Shown here: positions 8,448 through 17,768 of the stretch, piece by piece
Layout of the letters: each line of letters opens with the position of its first letter
Numbering within the stretch: the first letter of the stretch is position 1
Assembly (NCBI GenBank): GCA_030693825.1
Contig: JAUXZV010000023.1
Location: 38,984 to 102,983 of the forward strand
Origin: Myxococcales bacterium
Lineage (GTDB): Bacteria; Myxococcota; Myxococcia; Myxococcales; Myxococcaceae
Length of the DNA: 64,000 nucleotides
Direction: 5' to 3'
Made by a program: the position numbers and the translations under genes
Notes under the pieces: model-generated
What the model saw: only the letters and a program-made list of their open reading frames with translations
Told to the model about the DNA's origin: nothing
Database searches by the model: none

Positions 8448-9740
8448 ATGTCGACGACGGCGTTGGCCATTTCGGTGCGGTGGGGAGATCGGCTGATCAG
8501 CTCGCACGTGCTGCGCGCGCACGACAAGCGGGTCTTCTCGCTGGGCGGCGCTCCCGGCAGTGACGTGCCCGTGCCTCGTGCAGGGCAGGCCTCGTTCTCG
8601 TTCGGCGGTGATGGGCCGGTGGTGCACTTCACCGATGGCGTGCGCGGCCAGGTGTTCCGCAACGGTGAGACCGAGCTGCCGATGTCGGACGTGATTCACC
8701 GCGGGCTCGCGCATGAAGAGAAGGAAGGGTGGACGTTGCCCCTCGGCCGCCGCGATGGCGTGGTGCTCGAGTTCGGGAACGTCGCGGTCGAGGCGTGGCC
8801 GATGAAAGCGCCGCTGCGCGTCGGGGTGATGAACGCCGTGTGGGACTACCGCTGGCTCAACGTGTTGATGGCGACGGTGATGGTCGCGTTGCTCCTCGTG
8901 CTGCGCTTCGAGCTGTTCGCGATGGAAGGTGACGACGTCGATGATGACGGCGTGTCGGCGTCGGCGGTGACGCTGCGGCGCGTGCTGGTGACGGCCGAGA
9001 AGCCGCCGAAGCTGCAGCGCGCAGTCGTCGAGCAGGCGCCCGAACGCCTCAAGCAGCAGAAGCAGGCTGCTGCCCAGGGCAGCCCGAAGCTGAAGCCCAC
9101 GCCGGTGACGCACGGTGAAGGCGGGCCGCGCGCCGTCGGTCCCGACATTCGCAAGCTCTTCGCAGGACTGGGCGGGCAGGGCGTGATGGGCAACGGCGGG
9201 CTCGCGAAGGAGCTCACCAACGCGCTCGGCAACGTCGTCGGAAACTCCGATGGGCTCGGTGGCATCAGGCTGCGCGGCACCGGCGGTGGTGGCGAGCTCG
9301 GCGGTCCGCTCCGCATCGGCGGCATCGGCCTCAAGGTGGGGCCTCCGGGTGGTGGGCCGGACTACACGTTGAAGAAGTCGGAAGGTCTGGGGCCCGAGCT
9401 CGACATCACCCCGCCGGACATCTCCTGCGCTGCGGTGGGCTGCCTCGACAAGGAGCTCATTCGCCGCATCGTGCGCGAGCACCTCGGCCAGGTGCGCTAC
9501 TGCTACGAGCAGCTGTTGCCGCGCATGCCGAACCTGAACGGCCGCGTCGTCGTGAAGTGGCACGTGACGGGTGGCGGCATCGTCGATGCGTCAGAGGTCG
9601 TCTCATCGACGGCGCAGAGCGCAGAGCTCGGCGCCTGTCTCGCGGGCCGCGTGCGCACCTGGCGCTTCCCTGCAGCGAAGCAGGCCGAGGCGGGCTTCAC
9701 GGTCTCGTACCCGTTCGTCTTCAAGCGCTCGGGCCAGTGA
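8448..9740 (+). CDS. AgmX/PglI-like gliding-motility protein (FHA-like N-domain, TM helix, Gly-rich linker, AgmX/PglI C-terminal domain)
   Basis: The ATG at 8448 gives a 430-aa protein. It has a hydrophobic TM segment (WLNVLMATVMVALLLVLRF) and a Gly-rich low-complexity linker. The C-terminal block LDKELIRRIVREHLGQVRYCYEQ...VKWHVTGGGIV matches the AgmX/PglI TonB-C-like domain. The annotated 7632 start is an antisense-overlap artefact. Confidence 0.6.
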   Translation: MSTTALAISVRWGDRLISSHVLRAHDKRVFSLGGAPGSDVPVPRAGQASFSFGGDGPVVHFTDGVRGQVFRNGETELPMSDVIHRGLAHEEKEGWTLPLGRRDGVVLEFGNVAVEAWPMKAPLRVGVMNAVWDYRWLNVLMATVMVALLLVLRFELFAMEGDDVDDDGVSASAVTLRRVLVTAEKPPKLQRAVVEQAPERLKQQKQAAAQGSPKLKPTPVTHGEGGPRAVGPDIRKLFAGLGGQGVMGNGGLAKELTNALGNVVGNSDGLGGIRLRGTGGGGELGGPLRIGGIGLKVGPPGGGPDYTLKKSEGLGPELDITPPDISCAAVGCLDKELIRRIVREHLGQVRYCYEQLLPRMPNLNGRVVVKWHVTGGGIVDASEVVSSTAQSAELGACLAGRVRTWRFPAAKQAEAGFTVSYPFVFKRSGQ

Positions 9741-9744
9741 CGCG

Positions 9745-10440
9745 TCAGAACGCGGGGCCGACCGTGAAGCGCAGCATCGGCTGCGGCCCCCACATGCCCA
9801 TGCCCGGCCGCTGAAACCCTGGCAGCAGCATCACGCTGGTCTGCGGCTGAATGCCGAGCACGCGCACGCTCGTGTCGGGCGTCGGCTGGTTCCATACCTG
9901 CAGCCCTGCGCCGATGGACAACGTGAGCGCTCCTTTCGGGCGAAACACGTAGCCGAACATCGCGCCGGGCCCGACGAGGAGCGTCGACGCTGGAGAGAAC
10001 CAGAACACCGAGCCCTGCACCGCCAGAAACGGGCCCTCGAGCAGATGGTCGCCGACGTAGACGCGCAGGCCGAGGTCGAAGCCCACCTGCGGAATGAGGC
10101 TCGCGCCGAGCGCACCGAACACCGTCACCGTCTTCGAGACGGCCTTCTCGAGCTCGAACGAGAGGTGCGTCGCGAACAGGCTCAGCGGAGAGAAGTGGAG
10201 AATCGCCGTGCGCTCGGGCTCGCTCGGCGTCTCTTTCGGTGGAGGCGCGGCGACGGGCACGTCGACGGGAACGTCGCTGGTGAAGACCGGTGGCGTGGAG
10301 AGTTCGCGAACGCCGGCGTCGACGGGATTCGCGATGACGGTGACTGGCGGTGGCGGCAGCGGCGTCGTCGGCGAGTCGGCGTTCACCAGCGGCGGTTGGG
10401 TCGCTTGAGTCAGCAGCACGGTGATGAGGAGCGCTCCCAC
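9745..10440 (-). CDS. Hypothetical secreted / outer-membrane protein with C-terminal Phe
   Basis: 231 aa. Pro-rich N-terminal region, then alternating hydrophobic beta-like segments ending in ...RFTVGPAF. It converges on the agmX-like gene. Confidence 0.45.
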   Translation of the reverse strand: MGALLITVLLTQATQPPLVNADSPTTPLPPPPVTVIANPVDAGVRELSTPPVFTSDVPVDVPVAAPPPKETPSEPERTAILHFSPLSLFATHLSFELEKAVSKTVTVFGALGASLIPQVGFDLGLRVYVGDHLLEGPFLAVQGSVFWFSPASTLLVGPGAMFGYVFRPKGALTLSIGAGLQVWNQPTPDTSVRVLGIQPQTSVMLLPGFQRPGMGMWGPQPMLRFTVGPAF

Positions 10441-10543
10441 GAGGCGTCAGTCTAGCGTCTGGCTCATCTGGGAGGCTGCTGGCGTGGCCGGGAGGCGCTG
10501 AAGGTCGAGGCCGCGCTGCAGGCACGTCGCGTGCGCTCCCGCA

Positions 10544-11962
10544 TCAGCTCGGAGCGACCTTCTCTTCACGCTGCGGGTGCACGCCGAGCTCGTTCATCAG
10601 CCGGTGCAGATACGTGCGCTGCAGGCCCAGCTCGCGCGCGGCCTGGCTGACGTTGCCGTTGGTGCGCTGGAGCGTCTCGGCGACCAGCTCGGTCTTGAAC
10701 TGCAGCACCTCGTCATGAAACCCGGCGCGCCGCCGCGTGCGGGCCGAGAGAATGGCGAGCTCCCTCGGCAGGTGCGCGAGCGAGAGCCCTCCAAGCGCGA
10801 GCGCGCGCCGGAGCACGGCCTCGAGCTCGGCGACGTTGCCCGGCCAGCCGTACCGCTCGAGCGCCGAGAGCACCGAGGGCGAGACGGTGAGAGACGTTCC
10901 CAGCTTCGAGATGAGCGAGTCGGCCAGCGCCGCGACGTCTTGCGGGCGTGCGCTCAACGGAGGCAGCGTCACCTGCACGACGCCCACCGCCGCGGCGACG
11001 CTCGGCTCGAGTGGCCCTCGCGTGGTGCTGACCCAGAACACGTCGGGCCTGGTGCGCATCAGCTCCACCAGCTCGTCGACGGTGGAGGCGGACGCGCGCT
11101 CGAGGTGCTCGAGCACCAGCGTGCCGGTGAAGCCCTTGCGCAAGAGCCCCTTCACGGTCGTCACGCCGTCGCGTGCCTCGAGGCTGACGAAGGGCGTGCG
11201 CAGAAAACCTCCAGCGCGGTGCAGGTGCCGAGACAGGTGCGTCGCGCCCGCGCCTTGCGGGCCGCTGATGAGCGTCGGGAGGCGCTTGGAGGCAGAGCGC
11301 TCCACCACGGCGGCGACCGCCCGCATCGCCTCGGAGTCTCCGATGAGCGGCGACTCGGGACACGACACCTCGAGCGCCTGCCACGCGCGCTGCAAGGCCT
11401 CGGCGTCGGCTTCGCTCGAGCGCGAGAAGTGAATGAGCTGCTCGACGAGCAGCTGCATCAGGTCGGCGGCGATGCGCACCTCGCGCACGTTGAGTGACGG
11501 CGTCTGACGAAGCTGCGAGAGCGCCTCGTCGAAGCCCGGCGCCCAGCCCTGTCGTGCCGCGCGATGGGCGACGGCCTGTTCTTCTTCGAAGACGTGCTCG
11601 GCGCGCATGAAGCCGCAGGTGGCGATGACGCCGAGGAACTGGCCGTCGACGACGATGGGCGCTCCGAGGGTCTGCAGGCCGATGTGACAGGGCTTCTGCG
11701 TGAAGTCGCCCGACGACAGCCGCTTCGCCGCGAACAGCGCGGTGCCCGCCGACAGGCACGCCTTCATGCCCTTCTTCCGGTCGGTGCAGATGCGCGTACA
11801 CAGCGCGTTGTTCGTCGGCATGTACTGCCCCGACGGAATGCCCTCGACCCGCGCCTTCGGAGAGACGAACAGGAACGTCAGGCCCAGGCTGTCCTTCACC
11901 TTCTCGGTCAGCTTCCGAACCACCGGGTGCCGGGACAGCGCGTCGAGGTCGAGCTCCGCCAT
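10544..11962 (-). CDS. Sigma-54 activator (bEBP)-like transcriptional regulator with PocR-like sensor domain; ATPase motifs degenerate
   Basis: ATG at 11962 (MAELDLD), 472 aa. The N-domain carries a C-x-x-I-C...C pattern (ALCTRICTDRKKGMKACL). The central AAA+ domain has YGWPGNVAELE and a C-terminal Fis-type HTH (NGNVSQAARELGLQRTYLHRLM). Walker A reads GPQGAGAT with no Lys, Walker B reads LVLEHL, and GAFTGA is absent. The ORF-track extension to 13165 is low-complexity and I rejected it. Confidence 0.75.
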   Translation of the reverse strand: MAELDLDALSRHPVVRKLTEKVKDSLGLTFLFVSPKARVEGIPSGQYMPTNNALCTRICTDRKKGMKACLSAGTALFAAKRLSSGDFTQKPCHIGLQTLGAPIVVDGQFLGVIATCGFMRAEHVFEEEQAVAHRAARQGWAPGFDEALSQLRQTPSLNVREVRIAADLMQLLVEQLIHFSRSSEADAEALQRAWQALEVSCPESPLIGDSEAMRAVAAVVERSASKRLPTLISGPQGAGATHLSRHLHRAGGFLRTPFVSLEARDGVTTVKGLLRKGFTGTLVLEHLERASASTVDELVELMRTRPDVFWVSTTRGPLEPSVAAAVGVVQVTLPPLSARPQDVAALADSLISKLGTSLTVSPSVLSALERYGWPGNVAELEAVLRRALALGGLSLAHLPRELAILSARTRRRAGFHDEVLQFKTELVAETLQRTNGNVSQAARELGLQRTYLHRLMNELGVHPQREEKVAPS

Positions 11963-12152
11963 GGGCGTGGTGTATCTCAGGGATGACAGTGTGCGGAAGG
12001 GCCTCGAGGGTGTGGAGTCTGTCCTCAGCCAGAGGACGACTGCGTGCGCCTCGACGTGCCAGGCGCCAGGCTGCGCGCAGGTCGGGAGCGCCCAACAGCC
12101 TGAATCACTTGATGAAAGTGCCTGGCCGCCGGCTTGCTTTACGTCACGTCCG

Positions 12153-13376
12153 ATGCGAGCACTCCTGTTCTCATTCGTCGTGTTCGCGGCCTGCGCGCCG
12201 GGGCAGATCATCATGCCGCCGCCCGCGCCGGTCGAGCCGCCCGCGCTGACGCGGGTGACCGTCACGCCTGTCGACACCACGCGTCCGATGTCGTCGACGG
12301 TGATGTCGTCGGTCTCTGCGGTGGGGCTGTCGCTGGTCTCGGGCCAGGTCGCGGTCGTCGCCATCGACGGCGTGGCCGTTCGCACCGGCACCACGATGAC
12401 GCCGGTTCCCGTCGGTCCGATGGGCGCTGACTCCCTCGGCACGGTGCGCCTCATCGGCCGTCGCGGCGCGGCGTCGCTCTGGCTGACGTCGACGGGCGTG
12501 TTCCTCGAGCGCGCGGGCCGGCTGCTCCGCTCGCCCATCTCTGACTCGTTGCCGCTGCCACAGGTGAAGGCCATCGACGTGGTGGGCGAGGGTGACGCCG
12601 AGACGTGGTGGGTGCGCACCGACGCTGCGCTGTTGCGGGTGTCGGGCGGCACCCTCGACTCCATCGTGCTCGAGGACCCGAACGGCAGCGGCCTGGTGAA
12701 GGCCGTCGTCGGACGTGACGCGTCGACCGCGGTGGTCGTGCGAGGCGAGCGCCTGTACCTCGTCGAGGTCGCCGCCCCGAAGGTGACCGTGCTCGCGAAG
12801 GGCCTCGGGGCCGTGACGCAGAGCGCGCGCCTGGGTGATGGCCACATCGTCTTCGCCACCACCGACGGCCTGGTGCGGGTGGCGCCGTCGAACGACGTCT
12901 CGCTGATGGTCTTCGGAGCCGCCGCTGCCGTGAGCGACGTCGCCGTCGATGGTGACGGCGCGCTGGTGCAGTCGAACGGCCAGCTGTTCTCGATGCTGGT
13001 CGACGAGGTGAAGGTGCTCGGCGACGTCGCGGCGCCAGTGGTGAGCGGCGTGGTGCGAGATTCCGCTGGCGCCATCTTCACCCTCGACGGGCAGACGCTC
13101 GAGCGCCTCGCGACGACGGCCGAGGAGCAGCCGGTCGTCTTCGCCGACGTGAAGCCCTTCTTCACGGCGCACTGTGTGAGCTGCCACCGCTCGGGCGCGA
13201 ACTACGCACCCATCATCGACTTCGCCACCTACGCCAAAGCGAAGCAGTGGGCCGTGCAGTCGTTGGCCCGCGCCGAGAACGGCGACACGCCGATGCCTCC
13301 TGCGAGCTCGGGCCTGCTGCGTCCCAGCCAGTACGCCGTGCTCGCGCGGTGGGTGCAGGGAGGGATGTTGCCATGA
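12153..13376 (+). CDS. Lipoprotein with C-terminal PSCyt1-type cytochrome-c-like domain (CxxCH)
   Basis: Signal peptide plus lipobox (VVFAAC). The C-terminus FADVKPFFTAHCVSCHRSGANYAP carries a CxxCH heme motif in the PSCyt1 context. Its stop overlaps the next gene's start (ATGA). Confidence 0.65.
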   Translation: MRALLFSFVVFAACAPGQIIMPPPAPVEPPALTRVTVTPVDTTRPMSSTVMSSVSAVGLSLVSGQVAVVAIDGVAVRTGTTMTPVPVGPMGADSLGTVRLIGRRGAASLWLTSTGVFLERAGRLLRSPISDSLPLPQVKAIDVVGEGDAETWWVRTDAALLRVSGGTLDSIVLEDPNGSGLVKAVVGRDASTAVVVRGERLYLVEVAAPKVTVLAKGLGAVTQSARLGDGHIVFATTDGLVRVAPSNDVSLMVFGAAAAVSDVAVDGDGALVQSNGQLFSMLVDEVKVLGDVAAPVVSGVVRDSAGAIFTLDGQTLERLATTAEEQPVVFADVKPFFTAHCVSCHRSGANYAPIIDFATYAKAKQWAVQSLARAENGDTPMPPASSGLLRPSQYAVLARWVQGGMLP

Positions 13377-15037
13377 GCACGACTGTTTCGATTCCCGGAG
13401 GGACCATGCGACGAGCCGTCTTCACTCTCGTGCTGGCGCTGACGGCCACCGCGTTCGCCCAGACGGCGGCCGAGTGCCAGCAGCCCCGCGCCATCGACAA
13501 GTACCAGGAGCTGCGCCGCCTCTCGCTCGACCTGCGCGGCCGCATTCCCGACGTCACCGAGTACGAGGCCCTCGAGACCGAGACCGCAGTGCCGGCGTCG
13601 GTGATTCGCGCGTACCTCGGGAGCGACGACTTCCGCCTGGTGATGCGCCGGTACCACGAAGAGCTGTTCTGGCCGAACATCAGCAACCTCGCGCTCAACA
13701 ACGTCAACTCGCAGCTCACCACGGCGGGCAACCCCCCCGAGGTGAACTCGTTGAGCTCGACGGGCCGTCGCCGCACCTTCCGCGGCGTCAGCGACGCCAA
13801 CACCACGCACGGCCTGCAGTGCGGTGACTTTCAGCAGACGATGTTCCTGCCCGGTGGCGGCTTCCGCCCCGACCCGGCCGGCATTCGCACCACGGTGGTG
13901 GGCACCGTCACGGTCCGGCAAGAGGGCTGGCGCATGGTGACGCCGTACTGGTCGACCACGCCCATCAAGGTCTGCGCCTACGACGCGCAAGAGACCGAGA
14001 CCGTCACCATCGGCACGGGCACCGCCGCGCGCACGCTGTCGTGCGGCCACTACGAGACCAACGGCAACATCGCCTGCGGGTGTGGCGCCGGCCTCAAGTT
14101 CTGCTTCGGGCCGACGGCTGCGGTGCGCAGCGTCATCGCGAGCTCGGCCCGCGAGCAGCTCAACCTGCTCGTCGACCGCGTCTCGACCGGCGGCCAGCCG
14201 TACACCGACCTGGTGCTGACGCGCTCCGTGCCCGTCAACGGCCCGCTCGCGCACTGGAAGCGCGACCTCGCCGCGAACCTGTCGGTCAACCGCATCTGGT
14301 CGATCCCCGACCCGACGGAGCCCGCAGTGGCCAAGCCGTTCTCGGACACGACGTGGACCACCGTCGACCGCGGCTCGGACCTGCACGCCGGTGCGTTGAC
14401 CTCGATGGCCTACCTGCTGCGCTTTCAGACGAACCGTGCGCGTGGCAACCGCTACCGCGTCGACTTCGAGTGTGAGTCGTACGTGCCGCCGTCTCGCCTC
14501 GAAGAGCCGGCCGCCGACAACTGCTCGGCCGACTCCGACGACTTGACGAGGCGCTGCACGTGCCGTGGCTGCCACCGGGGCCTCGAGCCGCTGTCGAGTC
14601 ACTGGGGCCAGTTCGCCGAGGCCGGCACCTCGCTGCTGACCGACCTCACCGCGTGGCCCCGCATGCGGACCAACTGCGTGGGCAGCTCCAACGCCATCTG
14701 CAACCGCTTCTACGTGACGAGCAACGACGCCGACAACAAGGGCGCGCTGCTGCCGTACCAGTTCGCCGATGCGCAGCACCCCGACATCACCAGCGCGCTC
14801 GCCGGCGGCCCTCGCAAGCGCGTCAACGAGTCGCTCGCCAACGGCACCTTCGCCCGCTGCACCGTGAAGCGCGCGTGGACGAGCCTCATGAAGCGCGACA
14901 TGCGCATCTCGGGAGCCGCGACCGACGAGCTCGCGACGCTCGAGTCGCTCTCTGCCGGCTTCAAGACGAACAACTACAGCCTGCCGTGGCTCGTCGAGCA
15001 GATCGTCACGCAGCCGCAGTACCGGAGGGTCCGATGA
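13373..15037 (+). CDS. DUF1549 (PSCyt2) plus DUF1553 (PSD1) domain protein
   Basis: 554 aa with signal peptide. The DUF1549 hallmark RRLSLDLRGRIPDVTEYEAL is present, along with multiple Cys pairs. It is translationally coupled (ATGA) to both neighbours. Confidence 0.7.
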   Translation: MSTTVSIPGGTMRRAVFTLVLALTATAFAQTAAECQQPRAIDKYQELRRLSLDLRGRIPDVTEYEALETETAVPASVIRAYLGSDDFRLVMRRYHEELFWPNISNLALNNVNSQLTTAGNPPEVNSLSSTGRRRTFRGVSDANTTHGLQCGDFQQTMFLPGGGFRPDPAGIRTTVVGTVTVRQEGWRMVTPYWSTTPIKVCAYDAQETETVTIGTGTAARTLSCGHYETNGNIACGCGAGLKFCFGPTAAVRSVIASSAREQLNLLVDRVSTGGQPYTDLVLTRSVPVNGPLAHWKRDLAANLSVNRIWSIPDPTEPAVAKPFSDTTWTTVDRGSDLHAGALTSMAYLLRFQTNRARGNRYRVDFECESYVPPSRLEEPAADNCSADSDDLTRRCTCRGCHRGLEPLSSHWGQFAEAGTSLLTDLTAWPRMRTNCVGSSNAICNRFYVTSNDADNKGALLPYQFADAQHPDITSALAGGPRKRVNESLANGTFARCTVKRAWTSLMKRDMRISGAATDELATLESLSAGFKTNNYSLPWLVEQIVTQPQYRRVR

Positions 15038-15792
15038 AGCGCTTGAGCGCTGGGTGTCTGGTGGTGGTGTTGGGCGCGTGCACCCAGGCGCCCGTGGAGC
15101 CGCCGCCGGTGGTGAAGGACCCGTCGATCGTCATCACGCCTGACGGCCCGGCGTTGCCGTTCGACCACCCTGCGATTCTCGGGGGCGGCGCGGGTGGTGG
15201 AGCGTCGGGTGGCGGCGCTGCCGGTGGTGGCTCGGCTGGTGGCGGCATGGTGATGACGGGCCCGGCGTCTGCCGGCTCGCAGCGCCTGTCGGTTCGGCAG
15301 CTCGCGAACTCGATGACCATCGCGCTCGGCGGCTCGACGTGGATGGTGGGGAGCACGAACGGCTTCACCAGCCGCAGCCGCACGCTGGGCGAGCCCGACT
15401 ACATCTCGGTCGTCGACGAGAACCTCGAGCCGTCGTCGCTCTTCCTGAAGTTCATGGACGACGCCGCCAAGGACGCGTGCACCCGCACCGTCACGGCCGA
15501 CCAGACGAAGGCCCCCAACCTGCGTGTGCTCTACAAGACGGTCTCGTTGACCGACACGCTGGCGACCAACCGCACGGCCATCGACCAGAACCTGATGCAC
15601 CTCAAGCTGCGCTTCCACGGCATGAAGGTCGCGGCGGGTGACGACGCGACGCTGGCGCCGCTGCGCAAGCTGTTCGACGACGCCGTGAAGGGGGCTGCCG
15701 GCACTGCGACGCCGACCGCCGCGCACGTGAGGGAAGGGTGGCGCACCGTGTGCGTCGCGCTCCTGATGGCTCCTGAGTACCACCTCTACTGA
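15034..15792 (+). CDS. Hypothetical lipoprotein (Gly-rich linker)
   Basis: MKRLSAGCLVVVLGAC signal and lipobox. The start codon overlaps the upstream stop (ATGA). 252 aa. Confidence 0.55.
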   Translation: MKRLSAGCLVVVLGACTQAPVEPPPVVKDPSIVITPDGPALPFDHPAILGGGAGGGASGGGAAGGGSAGGGMVMTGPASAGSQRLSVRQLANSMTIALGGSTWMVGSTNGFTSRSRTLGEPDYISVVDENLEPSSLFLKFMDDAAKDACTRTVTADQTKAPNLRVLYKTVSLTDTLATNRTAIDQNLMHLKLRFHGMKVAAGDDATLAPLRKLFDDAVKGAAGTATPTAAHVREGWRTVCVALLMAPEYHLY

Positions 15793-15811
15793 TTCACACG
15801 AGACGACCGCC

Positions 15812-17233
15812 ATGAAGCCTTCCCTCTCGCGTCGCAACTTCCTCGAGATCCTCAGCGTGGCCGGTGGAGGCCTCGTCCTTCAGCAGTCGCCGCTCGGCAG
15901 CCAGGCCTTCGCGCAGGCGGGCGGCGACCCGAAGTACCTGCTCGTCGTCTACTTCGCGGGCGGGTGGGACCAGCTGCTCGCGCTCGACCCCCGGCCGCAG
16001 AACGACCCGCAGTTCCAGGTCATCGCCGGCCGCGCACCGGCGACGCGTATTCAGCCTGCGTACGATCTCGCCGGCGCCGACGACACGGGCGTGGCCCAGG
16101 TGCTGACCGCGACGGGCGGCTCGGGCGTTCAGACGAGCGGCAACCTCTCCTTCGGTCCCGCGGTGCCGCAGTCGCTCCTCCAGCACGCGCCCGACCTCGC
16201 CATCATTCGCGGCATGCAGATGGACACGCTCACTCACGAGGTGGGCCGCCGTTACCTCATCACCGGCAAGTTCCCCCGCGGCCTCGTCGCGTCGGGCTCG
16301 AGCCTCAACACCGCGTTCGCCGCGCAGATGGGCGCGCAGACCGACGTGCCGAACCTGGCGATGAACGTCGAGACGTACAACGAAGGTCTGCCTCCGAGCG
16401 CGAGCGCGGTCAGCGTCGCCAGCTTCCGCGACCTGCTCACCGTCATGCAGCCGCAGGCCGGCGCCACGTTGCCCGCCGCCTCGAACACCGCGCTCACCTC
16501 GTACGAGATGACGACGCCCGACTCGTGCACGGCGCACGGCTTCAACGCCAACGGGCTGACCGACGCGTTCAAAGACGCGCGCGCGCTCGGCCGCAACCTG
16601 ATGAACCCCACGAAGGCCTCGCTGTTCAACTTCGTGCTGCCGCCGCCGGCGCCGCTGACCGACCTCTTCAGCGCATTCGGCCTCACCACCGCATCCGACC
16701 TCACCGGGCCTCGTGGCCGTGCGGCCGTCGCGGCGCAGGCGCTCGCGAGCGGCGTCTCACAGGTCGTCTCCGTCACCCTCGGCGAAGACCTCGACGACCA
16801 CTTCGACTGGTCGACGCAGCAGCCGGCGTCGCTGCGCACCGGCTTCGACGCGCTCGGCCGCCTCATCGCGTACCTCAAGACGAAGCAGGCGCCGGGCACG
16901 GCGAAGAACATGTGGCAGTGCACCAACCTGATGGTGTTCAGCGAGTTCTCGCGCACGCCGATGATCAACACGCGTGAAGGCCGCGACCACCACCTCGTCT
17001 CGAGCTGCCTCGTGGCGGGCCCTGGCATCAGGGGCAACACCGTCTTCGGCGCGTCGACCAACACCGGCATGGGTGTGACGAAGTGGAACTTCGCGAACGG
17101 CGCCCTCAACGCGGCGAGCGGCAACGTGATTCGCCCGCCTGACGTTCACGCGACGTTGCTCAAATCGATGGGCCTGTCGTTCGGGCACATCTCGAACCAG
17201 TCGCCCGTGCCCATCGACGCGCTCATCAGGTAG
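15812..17233 (+). CDS. DUF1501 family protein (Tat-signal, sulfatase-like fold)
   Basis: 473 aa. The twin-arginine signal SRRNFLEILSVAGGG is present, and the motif LLVVYFAGGWDQL is typical of DUF1501. It is the canonical partner of DUF1549/DUF1553 proteins. Confidence 0.8.
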   Translation: MKPSLSRRNFLEILSVAGGGLVLQQSPLGSQAFAQAGGDPKYLLVVYFAGGWDQLLALDPRPQNDPQFQVIAGRAPATRIQPAYDLAGADDTGVAQVLTATGGSGVQTSGNLSFGPAVPQSLLQHAPDLAIIRGMQMDTLTHEVGRRYLITGKFPRGLVASGSSLNTAFAAQMGAQTDVPNLAMNVETYNEGLPPSASAVSVASFRDLLTVMQPQAGATLPAASNTALTSYEMTTPDSCTAHGFNANGLTDAFKDARALGRNLMNPTKASLFNFVLPPPAPLTDLFSAFGLTTASDLTGPRGRAAVAAQALASGVSQVVSVTLGEDLDDHFDWSTQQPASLRTGFDALGRLIAYLKTKQAPGTAKNMWQCTNLMVFSEFSRTPMINTREGRDHHLVSSCLVAGPGIRGNTVFGASTNTGMGVTKWNFANGALNAASGNVIRPPDVHATLLKSMGLSFGHISNQSPVPIDALIR

Positions 17234-17236
17234 CGC

Positions 17237-17695
17237 TCACGACGCCCAGGTGATCTCCCACTCGGCGAGCTCGCCCTTCACCATCACCTCGACGACGTCG
17301 CCCACCTTGCGGCCGACGAGGGCCTTGCCGAGCGGCGAGCCGGGCGTCACCACGTGCAGAAAGCCGTCTCCATCAGGCCCGGTGAGCTCTTCACCTGCGC
17401 CCGCCGGAGCGACGAAGAGCGTCTTGCCCGCGTCACCGTCTTCGACCTCGACGAGCGCACCCAGGCCGATGAGCGAGCCCTTCTTCAGCGGCACGGGCTT
17501 GAAGTCGGCGGCGGCGGCCCACGACGCCTCGGCGGCCTGCAGGCGCGTCTTCGCGGCCGAGGCGATGTTCACCGCACGTGGAGCGCCCGACTGGGCATCG
17601 ACGCGCGCGTCTTCGGCGTAGCGCAACGCCGTCTCGTACGCCGCGCGGAGCTTCGTCTGCAGCTGCATGGCGAGGAAGTGCTTGTCCATGCGCAC
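17237..17695 (-). CDS. GreA/GreB-family (Rnk-like) transcription elongation factor homolog
   Basis: 152 aa. The C-terminal FKBP-like domain LIGLGALVEVEDGDAGKTLFVAPAGAGEE...GSPLGKALVGRKVGDVVEV is present. Confidence 0.7.
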   Translation of the reverse strand: MRMDKHFLAMQLQTKLRAAYETALRYAEDARVDAQSGAPRAVNIASAAKTRLQAAEASWAAAADFKPVPLKKGSLIGLGALVEVEDGDAGKTLFVAPAGAGEELTGPDGDGFLHVVTPGSPLGKALVGRKVGDVVEVMVKGELAEWEITWAS

Positions 17696-17768
17696 AGGGT
17701 AGCGACGCTGTGGCCGCGCTCAAGAAAGCGGCTTGCTCCGGCGCAGGGGCTGAGGTGGAACGCCGCCA

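Noticed and set aside
7638-9563. 641-aa minus-strand ORF, and the 702-aa plus-strand ORF starting at 7632
   Set aside because: The minus ORF is Arg/Ala/His-rich antisense noise across the agmX-like gene. The first ~270 codons of the plus ORF are Ser/Ala/Arg low-complexity antisense to the 7310-8332 lipoprotein gene. I trimmed the real gene to ATG 8448.
11963-13165. N-terminal 400-codon extension of the sigma-54-like regulator ORF (10544..13165)
   Set aside because: Ser/Thr/Pro/Ala low-complexity sequence antisense to the PSCyt1 lipoprotein gene. A credible ATG (MAELDLD) lies at 11962.
13229-14779. 516-aa minus-strand ORF
   Set aside because: Arg/Gly/Ala-rich antisense of the DUF1549/DUF1553 gene, with no recognisable domain.
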